From: Callorhinchus milii
Taxonomy: Eukaryota
DNA length: 64,000 nt
Assembly: GCF_018977255.1 (NCBI RefSeq)
Contig: NW_024704743.1
Span: 3,164,001-3,228,000, forward strand
Direction: 5' to 3'
A program made the position numbers and the translations under genes. Of the stretch, positions 22,801-35,440 are shown one piece after another; the stretch's first letter is position 1; the number at the start of each line of letters is the position of its first letter. The notes under the pieces are model-generated. The model saw nothing but the letters and a program-made list of their open reading frames with translations. It did no database searches and had not been told where the DNA came from.

Positions 22801-24793
22801 CACTCTCCCTACCTCTCTTTATCTTTTTCCCCCTTTCTCTCTGCGGCTCTCAATCCCCTGTCTCCCCGCATCTCTCTACGCCCGCCCGCTCGCTCGCTCC
22901 CCGTCTCACGACCTCTCTTTCTCGTTCTCAAAGAAACGTAGACACAGGAATAGGGCCAATCAGCCCCTCAAGCCTGTTTGGCCATTTGATCAGATCACGG
23001 CTGATCTGTACCTCAACTCCAATTAATTGGCCTTAACTTTACGTCATCCGCACATTTGGATGTAAGACTCTCTATTCCTTCAACCAAGTCATTTATATAC
23101 ATATACACACACACACACACACACCCGCACATATATATATATATATATAGATATAATATAAATGGTGTAAAGCTGAGGCCCCAGTACAGACCCCCGGGAA
23201 CGCCACTTGTCACGTCCCGCCAATCGGAGAAAGTTCCTTTCATCCCTACGCTCCGTTTCCTGCCTCCCAATCAACTGCCAACCCACGTCGCAAGGTCACC
23301 TCCGATTCTAAGCGCTTTTATTATTGCTAATAACCTCTTGTGCGGAACCTTATCAAATGCCTTCTGAACGTCCGGGTAGACGACATCCATAGACACCTCA
23401 CTCATCCAGAGTCATCCCGCTCAGCTCCTGTCAGCCCAGCAAGCCAAAGCTCTAACGGGTAGGATGGTCCTAGCTGGACGAGCAGCGGGTTAAAGCTTGC
23501 CGGCAGCCATATCAATGGCAGGCTGTGTGTTTTTTGCTTTGCCCGAAAGGGCGGTGGAAGCCGATTCGATAGCAACTTTCAAGAGAGAAGTAGATAGATA
23601 TTTGGGGAGGACAAATTTGCAAGGCAATGGGGAGAGCGCGGGGGGAGTGGGACTAACCTGGACGGCTCTTTCAAAGAGCCAGCGGGCACACAATGGGCCG
23701 AATGGCCTCCTTCGGTGCTGTATAATTCTCTGATTCTATGATATGTCAGGCACCCGGCTGACCAAAGCCAACAGACCCTGCCTCCCAGCCGATTCCCAAG
23801 CCACGTTACGAGGCCACCTCCGATTCCGAGTGCTTTCCTTGTCGCTAATAACCTCTCGTGTGGAACCTGATCAAATGCCTTCTGGAAGTCCAGGTAGACC
23901 CCACCCATAGAGACCCGTCTCTCTTTAATCCGCCTCCTCAAAAAACTCTCTCTCTCCCAGGTTACATCAGTGACTACATCAGGCCGAGCAGTGTTTACGA
24001 GGATGGTGACACCGGCCTCCGGCTGGCCTCCCCGGAGCCCCTCTACGCGGCGGTGCCGGGGCGGGAGTGCTGCCGGCCGGAGCAGCCGGAGCAGCCGGAC
24101 AGCCCGCAGGCGGGGGCCGGCTACATCAACGGCGACGCCGCGGTGAGCGAGGGCTACAGCGTGGCTGCCTTCTTCATCACCGACGGCCGGTCCAGACGAA
24201 GGAGGAGGGGCGGGGCCGGGGGCGGAGGCGGAGGCGGAGGCGGGGCCGGGGCGGGGGCCGGGGGCGGGTCCGACGACGACGCGGGGCGAGGCCCCACCCA
24301 CCGGCACGCCTGCGGGGAGTGCGGTAAGACCTACGCCACCTCGTCCAACCTGAGCCGCCACAAGCAGACCCACCGCAGCCTGGACAGCAAGTTGGCCCGC
24401 AAGTGCCCGACCTGCGGCAAGGTCTACGTGTCCATGCCGGCCATGGCCATGCACCTGCTGACCCACGACCTGCGGCACAAGTGCGGGGCTTGCGGCAAGG
24501 CCTTCAGCCGGCCCTGGCTGCTGCAGGGCCACATGCGCTCGCACACCGGGGAGAAGCCCTTCGGCTGCGCCCACTGCGGCAAGGCCTTCGCCGACCGCTC
24601 CAACCTGCGGGCCCACATGCAGACGCACTCGGCCTTCAAGCACTTCAGCTGCAAGCGCTGCCACAAGACCTTCGCCCTCAAGTCCTACCTGAACAAGCAC
24701 TACGAGTCGGCCTGCTTCAAGGGGGGCCCCGGGGGCTCCCCCCCCGACACCACCGGCACCGCCAGCCCTGCACTCAACGCGGTGGAGGCCTGA
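18539..24793 (+). CDS. SCRT1: Transcriptional repressor scratch 1 (Snail superfamily); exons 18539-18671, 23961-24793; 321 aa
   Basis: SNAG domain [13 protein letters not shown]; phase-1 intron ACAG|gtaggt...cccag|[18 protein letters not shown] and Scratch domain [11 protein letters not shown]; five zinc fingers. The VKLD N-terminus, [13 protein letters not shown] and the neighbours TMEM249/SLC39A4/CPSF1 favour SCRT1 over SCRT2. Confidence 0.95.
18705..19480. repeat. Minisatellite of about 20 bp (TACACCAGATACACACACA) grading into TA-rich repeat
   Basis: Visible tandem units. Confidence 0.85.
20703..22378. repeat. Minisatellite of about 1.7 kb, 20-22 bp unit GAGCC(G/A)GTGTGTGAGTGTGA(GA)
   Basis: Roughly 80 tandem units in the SCRT1 intron. 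Confidence 0.92.
23040..23915 (-). mobile_element. CR1 LINE RT fragments in the SCRT1 intron, interrupted by other repeats
   Basis: Peptides [30 protein letters not shown] and [21 protein letters not shown]. Confidence 0.8.
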
Positions 24794-24819
24794 CCTGGCC
24801 TGACCACTCTCTCCTCATC

Positions 24820-24895
24820 TTCATTCATTCATTCATTCATTCATTCATTCATTCATTCATTCATTCATTCATTCATTCATTCATTCATTCATTCT
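24820..24895. repeat. (TTCA)n microsatellite
   Basis: Perfect tetranucleotide run just after the SCRT1 stop. Confidence 0.9.
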
Positions 24896-25934
24896 TCCAT
24901 CCTCATCGACTTCCTCCTCATCATCTTCGTCTCCCTCACTGCGGAGTCCTGAGGCTCAGTGGTTAGAGCGCGAGAGGACCTGGGTTCCATTCCCGGGGTT
25001 TACTCCGCACGCCTCTGTTTACTCAGGAGTAAACCCGGAAGCCGGTTGTTAGTCGATTGGCGGATCGCTTTTTCGAGGATAATAATCCCTTCAAAAAGAG
25101 AATTAACAAATTCGTCAGTCAGTCCTCGCCTGTTTGCTGTGCGTAATTGGCTGCCGCATTTCGCCCCCAAAATTCACTTTACAGTGTATCCCGTGAAGCG
25201 CTTTGAGACGTCTCGAAGACGCGAAAAGGCGCTGTATCGTATGCAAGGATTATTATTATTATTATTATTATTATCTCCTCAGCGTCTTCATCGCCCTCGT
25301 TTTCATCTCTCTCCACCTCCTCCTCCATCACCTTCATCTTCCCCTTCAAATTGCTCCTCACCTTCGTCGTCATTGCCCCTTTCCTCTTCCTCGTCCTCTA
25401 CCTTCAAGTCATACACCGAACCAGGAGAAACAAGACACAGATGTTGATTGCCACGTGTGATAGATAGCACATCGAAACTATTTTCTACAAGAGAGAATGG
25501 AAGAAATGTTCTGCTTGTGATTTTCGCATGAACTTTATACAGGAATAGATTTTAAACAAAAACTCCTCACTTTAAGCTGTAGAGACACTAAAACCCGGCA
25601 AACTCGTTCGCTGAAATTCAGCGAAGGAACTGAAGGTGTTTGTAAACCACCGAGAGGTCGAACCTTTTCTATCGGAGGACAATAGTAGTCTTGTCTACCC
25701 AACGATTGATCTGTGGCCCCCTTCTCTCTCACCTTTAAGGTAACATTGTGTGTAACAAAGTGATTTTTTTTTTAATGGAATTATTTATTGTTTGTTTTAT
25801 TGTTTTTTTTATTTATTTATCTGTTTGTTTATTGATTTATTTATTTATTTATTTATTGGATCCTATGCACAGTGCACTCTTTCTGAAGTACTGAGTTGCA
25901 TTTTATATCTTAGTATGGTTTGTTCCTCCCCAAA

Positions 25935-26370
25935 AGCTCCCAACCCAACCCCAACTCAACCCCCCCCCAACCCCCAACTCAACTCCAACCCCACCCCCAA
26001 ACCCCACCGCCAACCCCAACCCCAACCCACCCCCAGGCCCACTCCCAATCCGACCCACAACTCAAGCCCCAACCCACAACCGCAACCCCACCCCCAGCTC
26101 AACCCCAACCCACACCCCCAGCCCCACCCTCAACCCAATTCCATTCCAACTCAATTCACCCCAACCCAACTCTACTAACCCCAATCCAATACCAATCTAA
26201 CCCATTCAATCCCACCCCAAATCCACCCACCCAACCCATCCCAACCAATCCCAACCCAGCCCAACACAATGCAACCCCAACCCACTCCACCCCCAGCCCC
26301 ATCCCAACTCAAGTCACCCCTCTCAACCCCTGAACCCTACCCCAGCCCCAACGCCAACACCCTACCCCCA
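25935..26370. repeat. C/A-rich low-complexity (CCCAA/CCCCAA-like) tract
   Basis: Degenerate pentamer/hexamer repeats in the SCRT1 3'UTR region. Confidence 0.75.
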
Positions 26371-27545
26371 TTTATTTGGTCCATCACTGAGCTCAGTATT
26401 TGATCAAGTGTTAAATGTGTTACAGAAATGCCAAAGCGCTTGTCACTTTCCGAAAGGGGGTTTACAAAAAGGAGAGAGGAGAGGGAAACAAACCGGTTGG
26501 GTTTATTTTAAGAAACTCTGCATTTTACGCATGCAACAAATATCGAATCTATGCCAATTGTAAAGTATTATATTTTAACTTTTTTGGATAAATAAGAATA
26601 AATACCGTAGCCAGTTTTTTGGGGGCAATATTTCACGTAGGCGCCTACAATAAACTATAGAAGCAATAATAATATCTGACGCATGATATTTTTAAGAAGC
26701 GGGAAAAATAGCGTTTGAAATAAAATAAAAAGCAGATGATATCAGGTACATTTTAATCCAGTATTCTGAATAGGAGGGGAATAAAGCAGTTATTTAAAGA
26801 ATAATAATACTTAATAATAACATGATAAAATATTCAGGGACTTTTCCAATATAGTCTTATAGACAAATTAATCTTCCATTTTAATGCAATGCTTGCTTTC
26901 CTTTCATGGTAGTGTCTGTCTTCAGGTGCTGCAAGGACAGCGCTTCTAACCATTCAGTTTCTGAGTGGGTTTCGTTAGCCCTGTAATCATCCTAAGTCAC
27001 CCCATCTTACTGTCTGACACTGTCTGACACCATGTCTGACACGAACTAGTAGCACTCCTAGAATCAGGTAGAAATCGCTGTATTTATTATCAATAAACAA
27101 TAAAGGACGAGGGGTTTGAATGGGGGAAAGGGCAGGTCAACGGGACCGAAAAGGTTCGCTCGCAAAGGAATAGTCACGGGCACGATGGGACGAATTAATC
27201 GGCTTCTTCTGCTCTGCTAATAGGATGATGGTTCTGTGATTCTAACCCGCTTTTAAAATAAAATAAAGAGCAGGGGATGTGTAGCGAGAGAAAGAAAGCG
27301 GGCGGGCGGGCGGACGGGCGAGAGGGAGAGAGCGAGAGAAATAAAACCCTGTAAATACTATTCGAGACTTGAAAAGAAAAACGAAAAGCACCATTTTGAG
27401 TTGTTGTTAAAAAAAAAAGTGCTATAATCTCCTGTATGTGCGGAGATTTTCATGAGATTTTTTTTTTAAAAAGCCAGTATCTGAACAGAACGGTTGTAAG
27501 CACAATGGCACCAGACACGTTTGGAGCACTTCATAATTTAAAAAT

Positions 27546-27555
27546 AATAAATAAA
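27546..27555 (+). terminator. Probable distal SCRT1 polyA signal (overlapping AATAAA x2)
   Basis: AATAAATAAA followed by a GT/T-rich tract at the end of a long AT-rich 3'UTR-like region, just before repeats resume. Other AATAAA hexamers occur earlier in the UTR. Confidence 0.55.
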
Positions 27556-29529
27556 GACAATTCGTAATATATCATGTGTGTGTTTCTTATTTCTTGCCAT
27601 AATCATTTCCTTCCCTTGTTTATTCCTCCCTCCCTCCTCTCTGGACAAGGGGACGCAAGTTTAAAACGAGGACAGTGTTTTCCCCTCTACATCACCAGTC
27701 TGAAGAAATAATAATAATAATAATCCTTGCGTTTGATATAGACATCTTACCATGTCTTCGAGTTGCCTAAAAGCGCTTCGTAGAATATACTTGTAAACTG
27801 TATAATTTGTGGCGAAAGCCAATTTGCGCCCGGGAATCGAACCCGGGTCCTCTCGCTTGCGAGGCGAGTGCTCGAACCATTGAGCTACAGGACCGCGTGT
27901 AACAGGACAGCGGGTCCCTTGTTTGTGGCAATGAACAACCTTTGATCACATCACTACAACGACGGCCAACTTGAAATTAAAACTAGCAAATGCCATGCGA
28001 TCGACGACCTGTAGCCCGGGCTATTTAGGGAGACAAGACAGGGGATTCGTGACAGACATCATGAGGAAGTCAATCGGGCATTGGGGAAGTTCAACAGTCT
28101 GAAAGCAGCAGATATTGTTCCCATATTCAAGAAAGGCTCAGACCACGATTCAACCCTGAGACCTCCTGGTCTGTAGAGCCCAACACTGCACCCATTGAGC
28201 AGCAGCGAGAGCTCTTAGATGTAAAGTTATTCGGGATCAGAATCCAATTATGTTACAGGAAAGTTCTGGGTTGGCTTCAACCGGGAGAGATCTGAGGCTT
28301 TTAGGTCCAAGTGCCCCCACTTTAAAATACGTTTAATAAAAAAATGGACGTATAACAACAACAACTTGGGTAGCGTCCCGGAGCGCTTGACAGTGGCGGA
28401 GTCTGACCCCGAGCCAGGGAGAGAGGGACGGGAGAGGTGATCGTAAGCCCGACCAACAAGGAAGGTCTTTAGGTGAGATTTGCAGGTGGGGAAGGGAGCG
28501 AGGCGGAGGGATTGAGGGAGAGGGTTCCATAGTTTCAGGGTGTAGTGACTGCAGGCATGGCCACTGATGGTGGAGCGGAGGGGACGAGGGACAAACAGGA
28601 GGCCGGAGCCAGTTGCTGAGACAGGCTAACATGATTGAGCCGTGGAGTCGTAGCCGAAGTATTTTGCCTTTTTGCACAGTAGGTTGCCCAGGTGAAAAAC
28701 GCACCAATAAATCCGCATTGTGTGACATCCTGGCGCAGTGGTAGTGCTCTCTTTCTTCGAGTCAGAAGGTTGCGGGCTCAAGCCCCTGGAATCACATCAT
28801 AATCTTTGCATTTAATCTCGCGCCTTATCGCGTCATCAAGACGTCTGAAAATGCTTTCCCAGGGTTTACTGTAAAGTGTAGTGACCGTGCATTGCGTGGG
28901 CCACACGTGGCAGCCAGTTGCGCACAGCAGTGCCCCACAAACGGTCATGGAGCGAGCGAACAATTTTATTTGGGAGATTGTTGGCCAGGACACCAGGAGC
29001 TGACACTCCAGTGTAGCGCTGGGGGGGGGGGAATTGCACTGTCGGAGGCAACGTACTTCAGATGAGCCATTGAACTGAGGTCCCATCTGTGTCTGTTCAG
29101 GTGGACGCTAAAGATCGAGTGATGCTATTGGAAAAGAGGAGGGAATTTCTTTCTCTCCCTCGGTGTCCTGACCAACAAACCCCAGATAGATTTGGTCACT
29201 CACTTGTGGGACATTGCTGCGCGCAATTGGCTGCCGCGTTCGCCCACAAATATACAGTCAATTCACTTTACAGTATATTCTGTGAAGCGCTTTGAGACGT
29301 GGAGAAGATGTGAAAAGCGCTATATCAAATGCAAGGATTATTATTATTATTATTATTATTATTATGATGTGCACATTGACTGCTCGAAAACACAGTCGAA
29401 AAAACTTTGTAAAGCACTTTGAGATACGGATTCAATGATCGTTGTGACTGGATTCAGGTGAAGATGACGCTTTAAAAAGTTTATCTCGTTAAAGCTTACC
29501 TAAACATGATTAACAGCTCATCTCTCTAG

Positions 29530-29775
29530 CGCTGTGATCAGCCTCGCTGCTCTCCTCTGTCTCTGTCTCTGTCTCGAACGCTGTGATCAGCCTCGCTGCT
29601 CTCCTCTGTCTCTGTCTCTGTCTCTATCTCGAACGCTGTGATCAGCCTCGCTGCTCTCCTCTGTCTCTGTCTCTGTCTCTATCTCGAACGCTGTGATCAG
29701 CCTCGCTGCTCTCCTCTGTCTCTGTCTCTGTCTCTGTCTCGAACGCTGTGATCAGCCTCGCTGCTCTCCTGTCTT
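29530..29775. repeat. Tandem repeat of about 50-56 bp, 4.5 copies
   Basis: Unit CGCTGTGATCAGCCTCGCTGCTCTCCT(CTGTCT)n..CGAA. Confidence 0.9.
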
Positions 29776-32152
29776 TCCCGGGAATCGAAACCAATCGCTT
29801 GCCAGGCGAGCCCACGAACCAACTGAGCTACCGAACTCCACTTTGATTGCTGCAGGATTCACTGCCCCACAGACGTGCAGATTACACCCACCAGCTAAGC
29901 GGTTAATATCATTAAAGCTGTCAACCGGTTTACAGGTATTAGACGCGCTCTGAGGGCTAAGGCATCAACGAGAATCCAGTCGGTACCTTTGTTTCGATTT
30001 GCGGTCTCTATGTTTTGTGTGTCGGCCGGGCAGCAGTGGCAGCACTGTTGCCTCTGAGTCAGAAGGTTGTGGGTTCAAGCCCCACCCGTCTTGATTCGGA
30101 ATCACATCGTCTAAGCTGACGCTCCAGTCCAGCGCTGGGGGGTGGAGAGCGTGCTGCGTTGTCAGAGGTGCCGTCCTTCGGATGAGACGTTAAACCGAGG
30201 CCCCGTCTGTGCCTGTTCAGGTGGACGTTAAAGATCCTGCTTCGCTATTGGAAAAGAGAAGGGAGTTTCTCTGCATCTCTCCCGGTGTCCTGCGCCAACA
30301 ATCCCACCTGCGCACGGAAATCCCAGAGATAGATTGTTGGAATGCAATGTGCTCTCTCTCTCCCTGGAGGGACACGTCCTGCTTACCTAATTCCGGACAG
30401 TATTGGGCGCAGGTTGGCAAGAGCCAAGGCTTGAGGACCCCAGAGTGTTCGTTGGGGTAACTGCTGGAGTCTAACCAGCTAAAATCACATAGCTTAACAT
30501 TGATATCGCTGTCCGACAAGCTTTTCTGCTACTTGTTCAGCTAGGACCACCCTACCCATTAGGGCTTTGGCTGCAGGGTTAACAGGAGCTGAGTGGGAGG
30601 ATTCCCTGCCCCCGATGACTGGTCGGCCCTTTCAGGTCCTACCAATGAGCCAGGGCCGGGCTCTGCTGCCATCAGCGGTGAGTGCCCTGGAATACTGTGG
30701 ACCCTCCTGGCTCAGGAACTGGACTAGATACCGTCACAGAGGGCGGGGGCTCAATTCCGATAGTCCATTGCCTAACGTGTCACCTTGGAGCCAGTTCAGC
30801 TCCAACGAGACCCCACTTAGCTCCCGTCCCAAGGGGGATAGGTGAGTGACGAGCCGGGGTTCAGACCTTGTGTGGCTGCTGCATTAAAACTCCCTTTGTC
30901 CCCAAACACCACAGCGCAATTCCAGGTGTGACACCTCGGGCAATGTGGTGTGTATGTGTGTGTGTGTGTGGGGGGGGGGCACTGCCCTGGGACCCCCTCA
31001 TTACTCCTTCCGCCTCATTATTCTAATCACCAGCTTGACATGGAGGCCTGCAGCCGCCTTCGGAGGTCGGGAAGGGTCGAGAATGTTTCGGAAAGCCTTC
31101 GGGCAGCTCGTGTTCATGTTTGAGTAACAGGAGATGAGGTTACTGACGTTGCCTGTGGTGACTGCCTCTCCACCCCCCCCCCCACCACCCCCTCATACCC
31201 CCACCTCCCCACCCACCCCCGAGCGCTAACATCTGGTCTGTGGACTCGTGAGTTGGGCTCTGCTGCGCTGGATGCATCGTGTTTAACATTGGGAGGACAT
31301 CTCAAAGTGCTTCACCACCAAGTGTGGTGACTGTATATCTCATGGGCGAAACGGGACTGACAGTTTGTGCGCGCAGCAGTGTCTCACAAACAGCTGTGGA
31401 TTCAGCGAGCCACCGACTTTTTTATCGGGGGGATTGTCGGCCAGGACACCGGGAGAGAGGGAGAGAAATCCCCTTCTCTTTTCAGATCTCTAACGCCCAC
31501 TCGAACAGGCACAGACGGGACGTTTGGTTTCACGTCTCACCTTAAGGGCGGCAAAAGGCGTTTCGAACAGATAAAAGCAAGGAGCTACACCTCTAGGAAT
31601 AAATAAATAATCCTCGCATTTTGACAGAGCGCCTCATCACGTCTTCCAGACGTCTTAAAGCGCTTCACAGAATATATCGTGAAGTGAATTGACTGTATGT
31701 TTTGTGGGCGAAACGCGGCCGCCAATTGAAGGGATTATTACCCTCGGAAATGCGAGGCGCCAGTCGACTAACAACCGGGTTCCTACTTACCGCTAGTAGG
31801 TAAACAGAGGCGTGCGGAGTAAGGAAACTTGCCCAACGTTTCGCCCTGCCCAGGACTCGAACCCGGGTCCTCTCGCTTGCGAGGCGAGCGCCCTAAAGCA
31901 CTGAGCTGCAGGACGCCACAGGATTATGAGCACTGAAGCGCATTGGGGAGGGGCGAGGCGGCGAGAGAATAGGAAACACTAGGACTGCTTGAACGAGGTA
32001 GAACTTGCCGAGGGGGAGGCTGAAAGAGATTTTGGGGTGTTGGTTGACTGATCGCTCACCATGTCGAAACAGTGTGAGACCGCCACAAACCAGGCAGCAG
32101 GACGCTGATATGATGCTCAGGCTGTATCGTGTCAGGGCCGCACCTTAAGCAC

Positions 32153-32505
32153 TGTCCTGTAACGTAGTGGTTAGAGCACTCACTCCCTGGCCGGGCAAAA
32201 CGTCAGGCAAGTCTCTTTACGCCACACGCCTCTGTTTACCAAGCAGTAAGTAAGTAGGAACCTGGTTGTTAGTCGATTTGCAGATCGCTTTCCGGGGATA
32301 ATAATCCCTCGAGGAAAAAAAACTATTTGGTCACTCAATCCACGGCTGTTCGCGGGACGCTGGTGTGTGCGCAAATGGCTCCCGCGTTTCGCCCACACAA
32401 TACACAGTCAATTCACTTTAGAGTACATTCCGTGAAGGAGCTTTGAGGCGTCTCGAAGATGTGACGGGGCGTGATATCAAATGCAAGGATTATTATTATT
32501 ATTAA
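32153..32505 (+). mobile_element. tRNA-derived SINE family A copy
   Basis: Same head, body and (TTA)n tail. Confidence 0.8.
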
Positions 32506-33934
32506 TATGCGTTGCTGAGTGTCAGCCGGGCCTCGTTAAGCAGATTGCTCTCAGTCACCGAGAGAAGCAGCTTCCCAGCTCAGCACAAATCAACCCAGCT
32601 GTCTGTCAGGTGTCCATCCCTCCCTGTCCGTTTCCTCCGCTCTGTCCCCCGCCCGGCCCGCCCCAGCGTTGGCGGTCGGGCCTTCAGCCTCTCTGCCCTT
32701 ACCCTTTGCAATTCCACCCCACGTTCCCTTTGCTTCGCTCCCTCCCTTGTCTCCTTCAAGGCCCTTCTGAAGACCCTCCTCTTCGACCACTCTCCCACCC
32801 TTACCCTCCACCCTTCCTGATTCCAACCCATAGCTTGAGTCCAAATCCCTGACTGTCCAGTGCCTTGGGACCTCCTCCTGACATGAAAGGCTCGGTGTAA
32901 ATGTAATTTGTTGCTGGTGTTTCACTCCTGTTCACACCCTGAGACATACACGACACATACACTAACCCTCCCTCCATTACTTACTCTGTGTGTGTGTGTG
33001 TGTGTCTGTATACGATTGCGTGTGTATTTGTGTGTATGTGTGAGAACGTCTGTAAGTGTCTTTGTATGAGTTTATACGTGTGTGTGTGTGTGTGTTTGCC
33101 TCCCCCCCCCCTTTCCTACCCTGGAGAACCCAGCCAGCTGTGTAAAGTGCTTTGAGACAACCTCCCGGTGTGAATGGTGCCATATAAATGTAAATTGTTT
33201 TGCGTGCATATCTCTGTATGCATACGTGCGTGTTTGTACGAGTGCGTGTGTCTTTGTTCTTGTCTGTCTGTGTGCGTGTGTGTGTGTGTGTATGTGCCTT
33301 AAAAATAATCCCTTAAAAAATAATAATAATAATTTGGTCGCTCAATCCATGGCTCTCTGTGGGACAGACACCGCGGTGCGCAATTAACGATCGAGTATAT
33401 TCTAGTGAAGCGCTTTGAGACGTCTCGAAGACGTGCTAAGGCGCTACATCAAATGCAAGGATTATTAATGTTCTTATTATAATCCTTATGCTCAGTGGTT
33501 AGAGCACTCGCTTTGCAAGCGAGAGACCTGAGTTCAATCCAGGCAGAGGGCGAGACCTCGGCCAAGTTTCCTTACTCCACACAGAGCCTAATAATAATCC
33601 CTCCAAAACCAAAACAATAATAAATTGGTCATTTTCAATCCACGACTGTTTGTGGGACATCGCTGTGCGCAATCGGCTGCCGCGTTCGCCCACAAACATA
33701 CAGTCAGTTCACTTTACAGTGTGTTCTGTGAAGCGCTTTGGGACGTCGAGAAGACGTGAAAAGCGCTATATCAAATGCCAGGATTATTATTGTGATTATT
33801 TATTATTATTATTACTTTGAACGTCCGGTGACTTCGATTCCGGTGAGATGATGAGCTGCCTGTCATGTCACATATCCACCAATAGGCGGTGCCATTGCCC
33901 ATTCATTTGCTGGTCTGTTTCCTTAACCGACGAC

Positions 33935-33951
33935 TAGCGCCCCCTGTTGAC
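33935..33951 (-). promoter_or_regulatory. CTCF motif
   Basis: TAGCGCCCCCTGTTGAC, close to the reverse CTCF consensus TAGCGCCCCCTGGTGGC, in unique sequence between the SCRT1 and TMEM249 3' ends. Confidence 0.55.
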
Positions 33952-34819
33952 AGTTGTCAGTATAACATCACTCCCAACTCCCTCACAAAACACCCAAAAT
34001 ACTGTACAACGAAACCTTGCATTTGGTGGGGCCCCTACACACCATCTCACAGCCTCTGTAAAGTGTAGCGACTGCGTAAAAAAGATATATAGCGACAACA
34101 ACCACAACAAGATTCCACTTATGCAGCGCCTTTCACGTCGGGAGGACGTCCCGAGCCGCTGGACAGTTGGGTCGGGACCCGAGCCTTGGGGGGGGCGAGG
34201 TGGTCAGGGTGAGGGGAGGGAAGGGAGGGAGCGAGGAGGGGGTAGAGAGTCGAGAGGGGAGCTGAAGGCACGGTCGAAGAGAAAGGTCTTGAGACCGGCC
34301 TTGAAGGGGGAAAGGGAGGAAGCGGCGAAGGCACTGGGGGATAGAGTTCCAGAGCCGATAGCCAATATACAGGCAATTGACTTCACTGTGAAGCGCTTTG
34401 AGGCTCCTCGAAGACGTGATAAGGCGCTATAGCAAATGCAAGGATTATTATTATTATTGTTATTATTATTTATTGGTGTACACAGTAGCCCATTTGCACG
34501 CAGCAGTGTCCCCATGAAACAGCCATGAAGTGAGTGACCAATTTTTCTTTGGGGGATTGTTCGCCGGGCGGGAGAAATTCCCTTCTCTTTCCTGCTGAGC
34601 CAGGCTGACCCCCCCCCCCCCCCCCTCCGCAAAGTGTGAGATAGGGAGTGTCTCCAACACAAAGCAGTGGAATTTGAGTTGACACAGTGCCCTTCACCTT
34701 GAGAGGACATCTCAAAGCACTTAAAGTTCAACCCTCCCCCCCGCGTGTGAGATAGGGAACGTCTCCAACGTGTCGGTTTAGGGGGTGTCTCCAACGTCTG
34801 AGTTAAAACAGGGCACAGA

Positions 34820-35440
34820 TGTGTTGGTTTACCGTCGCTTAAGAGGCTCCAAACCAATCTGAGAATTCCCCGCATCCCAACTGCACATGGACATCCCAGA
34901 GATAGATGGTTGGAATGGAATGCGCTCTCTCTCTCTCTCTCCCTCTCTTCCTGGAGGGACGCCCCCGCCCCCCCCCCCGCTTACCTAATTCCGGAGAGTA
35001 TTAGGCGCAGGTTGGCAAGAGCTAAGGCTTGGGGAACCCGGACTGCGTGTTGGGGTAACTGCTGGAGTCTAACCAGCTAAATCCACATAGCTTGCCATTG
35101 ATATTGCTGTCTTGCAAGCTTTCCCGCTGTTTGTCCAGCTGGGACCACCCTCTCCGTTGGGGCTTTGGCTTGCGAGGCTGACAGGGGCTGAGCGGGAAGA
35201 TTCCCTGCCCCCAGTAAAACTGGTCGGCCCTTCCAGGCCCTGCCGATGAGCCAGGGCCGGGCTGTGCTGTGATCAGCAGTGAGCGCCCTGGAATACCGCG
35301 AACCCTCCTGGCTCAGGAACCGGACCAGAGACCGTCACAGAGGTAGGGGGTGGGGGGGGGGCTCGATGCCGACGTTCCATTGCCAGGCACGTCACCTTGG
35401 AGCCAATTCAGCTACAAGGTGACCCCGCTTACCTCCCAAC
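34820..35440 (+). mobile_element. Unclassified interspersed repeat (family X, about 700 bp consensus), long copy
   Basis: Shared blocks CCCAGAGATAGATTG, TTAGGCGCAGGTTGGCAAGAGCCAAGGCTTGGGG, GGGGTAACTGCTGGAGTCTAACCAGCTAA and CCCTCCTGGCTCAGGAACCGGACTAGA recur in about 14 places on both strands. Confidence 0.75.

Noticed and set aside
17148..22803. Long ORFs rich in I/L, H/T or C/V
   Set aside because: Translations of micro- and minisatellites; only 18539-18671 is coding.
23579..24700. 373-aa minus-strand ORF
   Set aside because: Antisense shadow of the GC-rich SCRT1 exon 2 fused to a CR1 fragment.
18539..24793. Naming the gene SCRT2 because TBC1D20 is adjacent
   Set aside because: Diagnostic residues ([17 protein letters not shown]) and the TMEM249/SLC39A4/CPSF1 neighbours point to SCRT1.
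35235..35275. Hammerhead ribozyme core in family X (CCGATGAG)
   Set aside because: The core should be CTGANGA with a downstream GAAA and flanking stems; these are not present.
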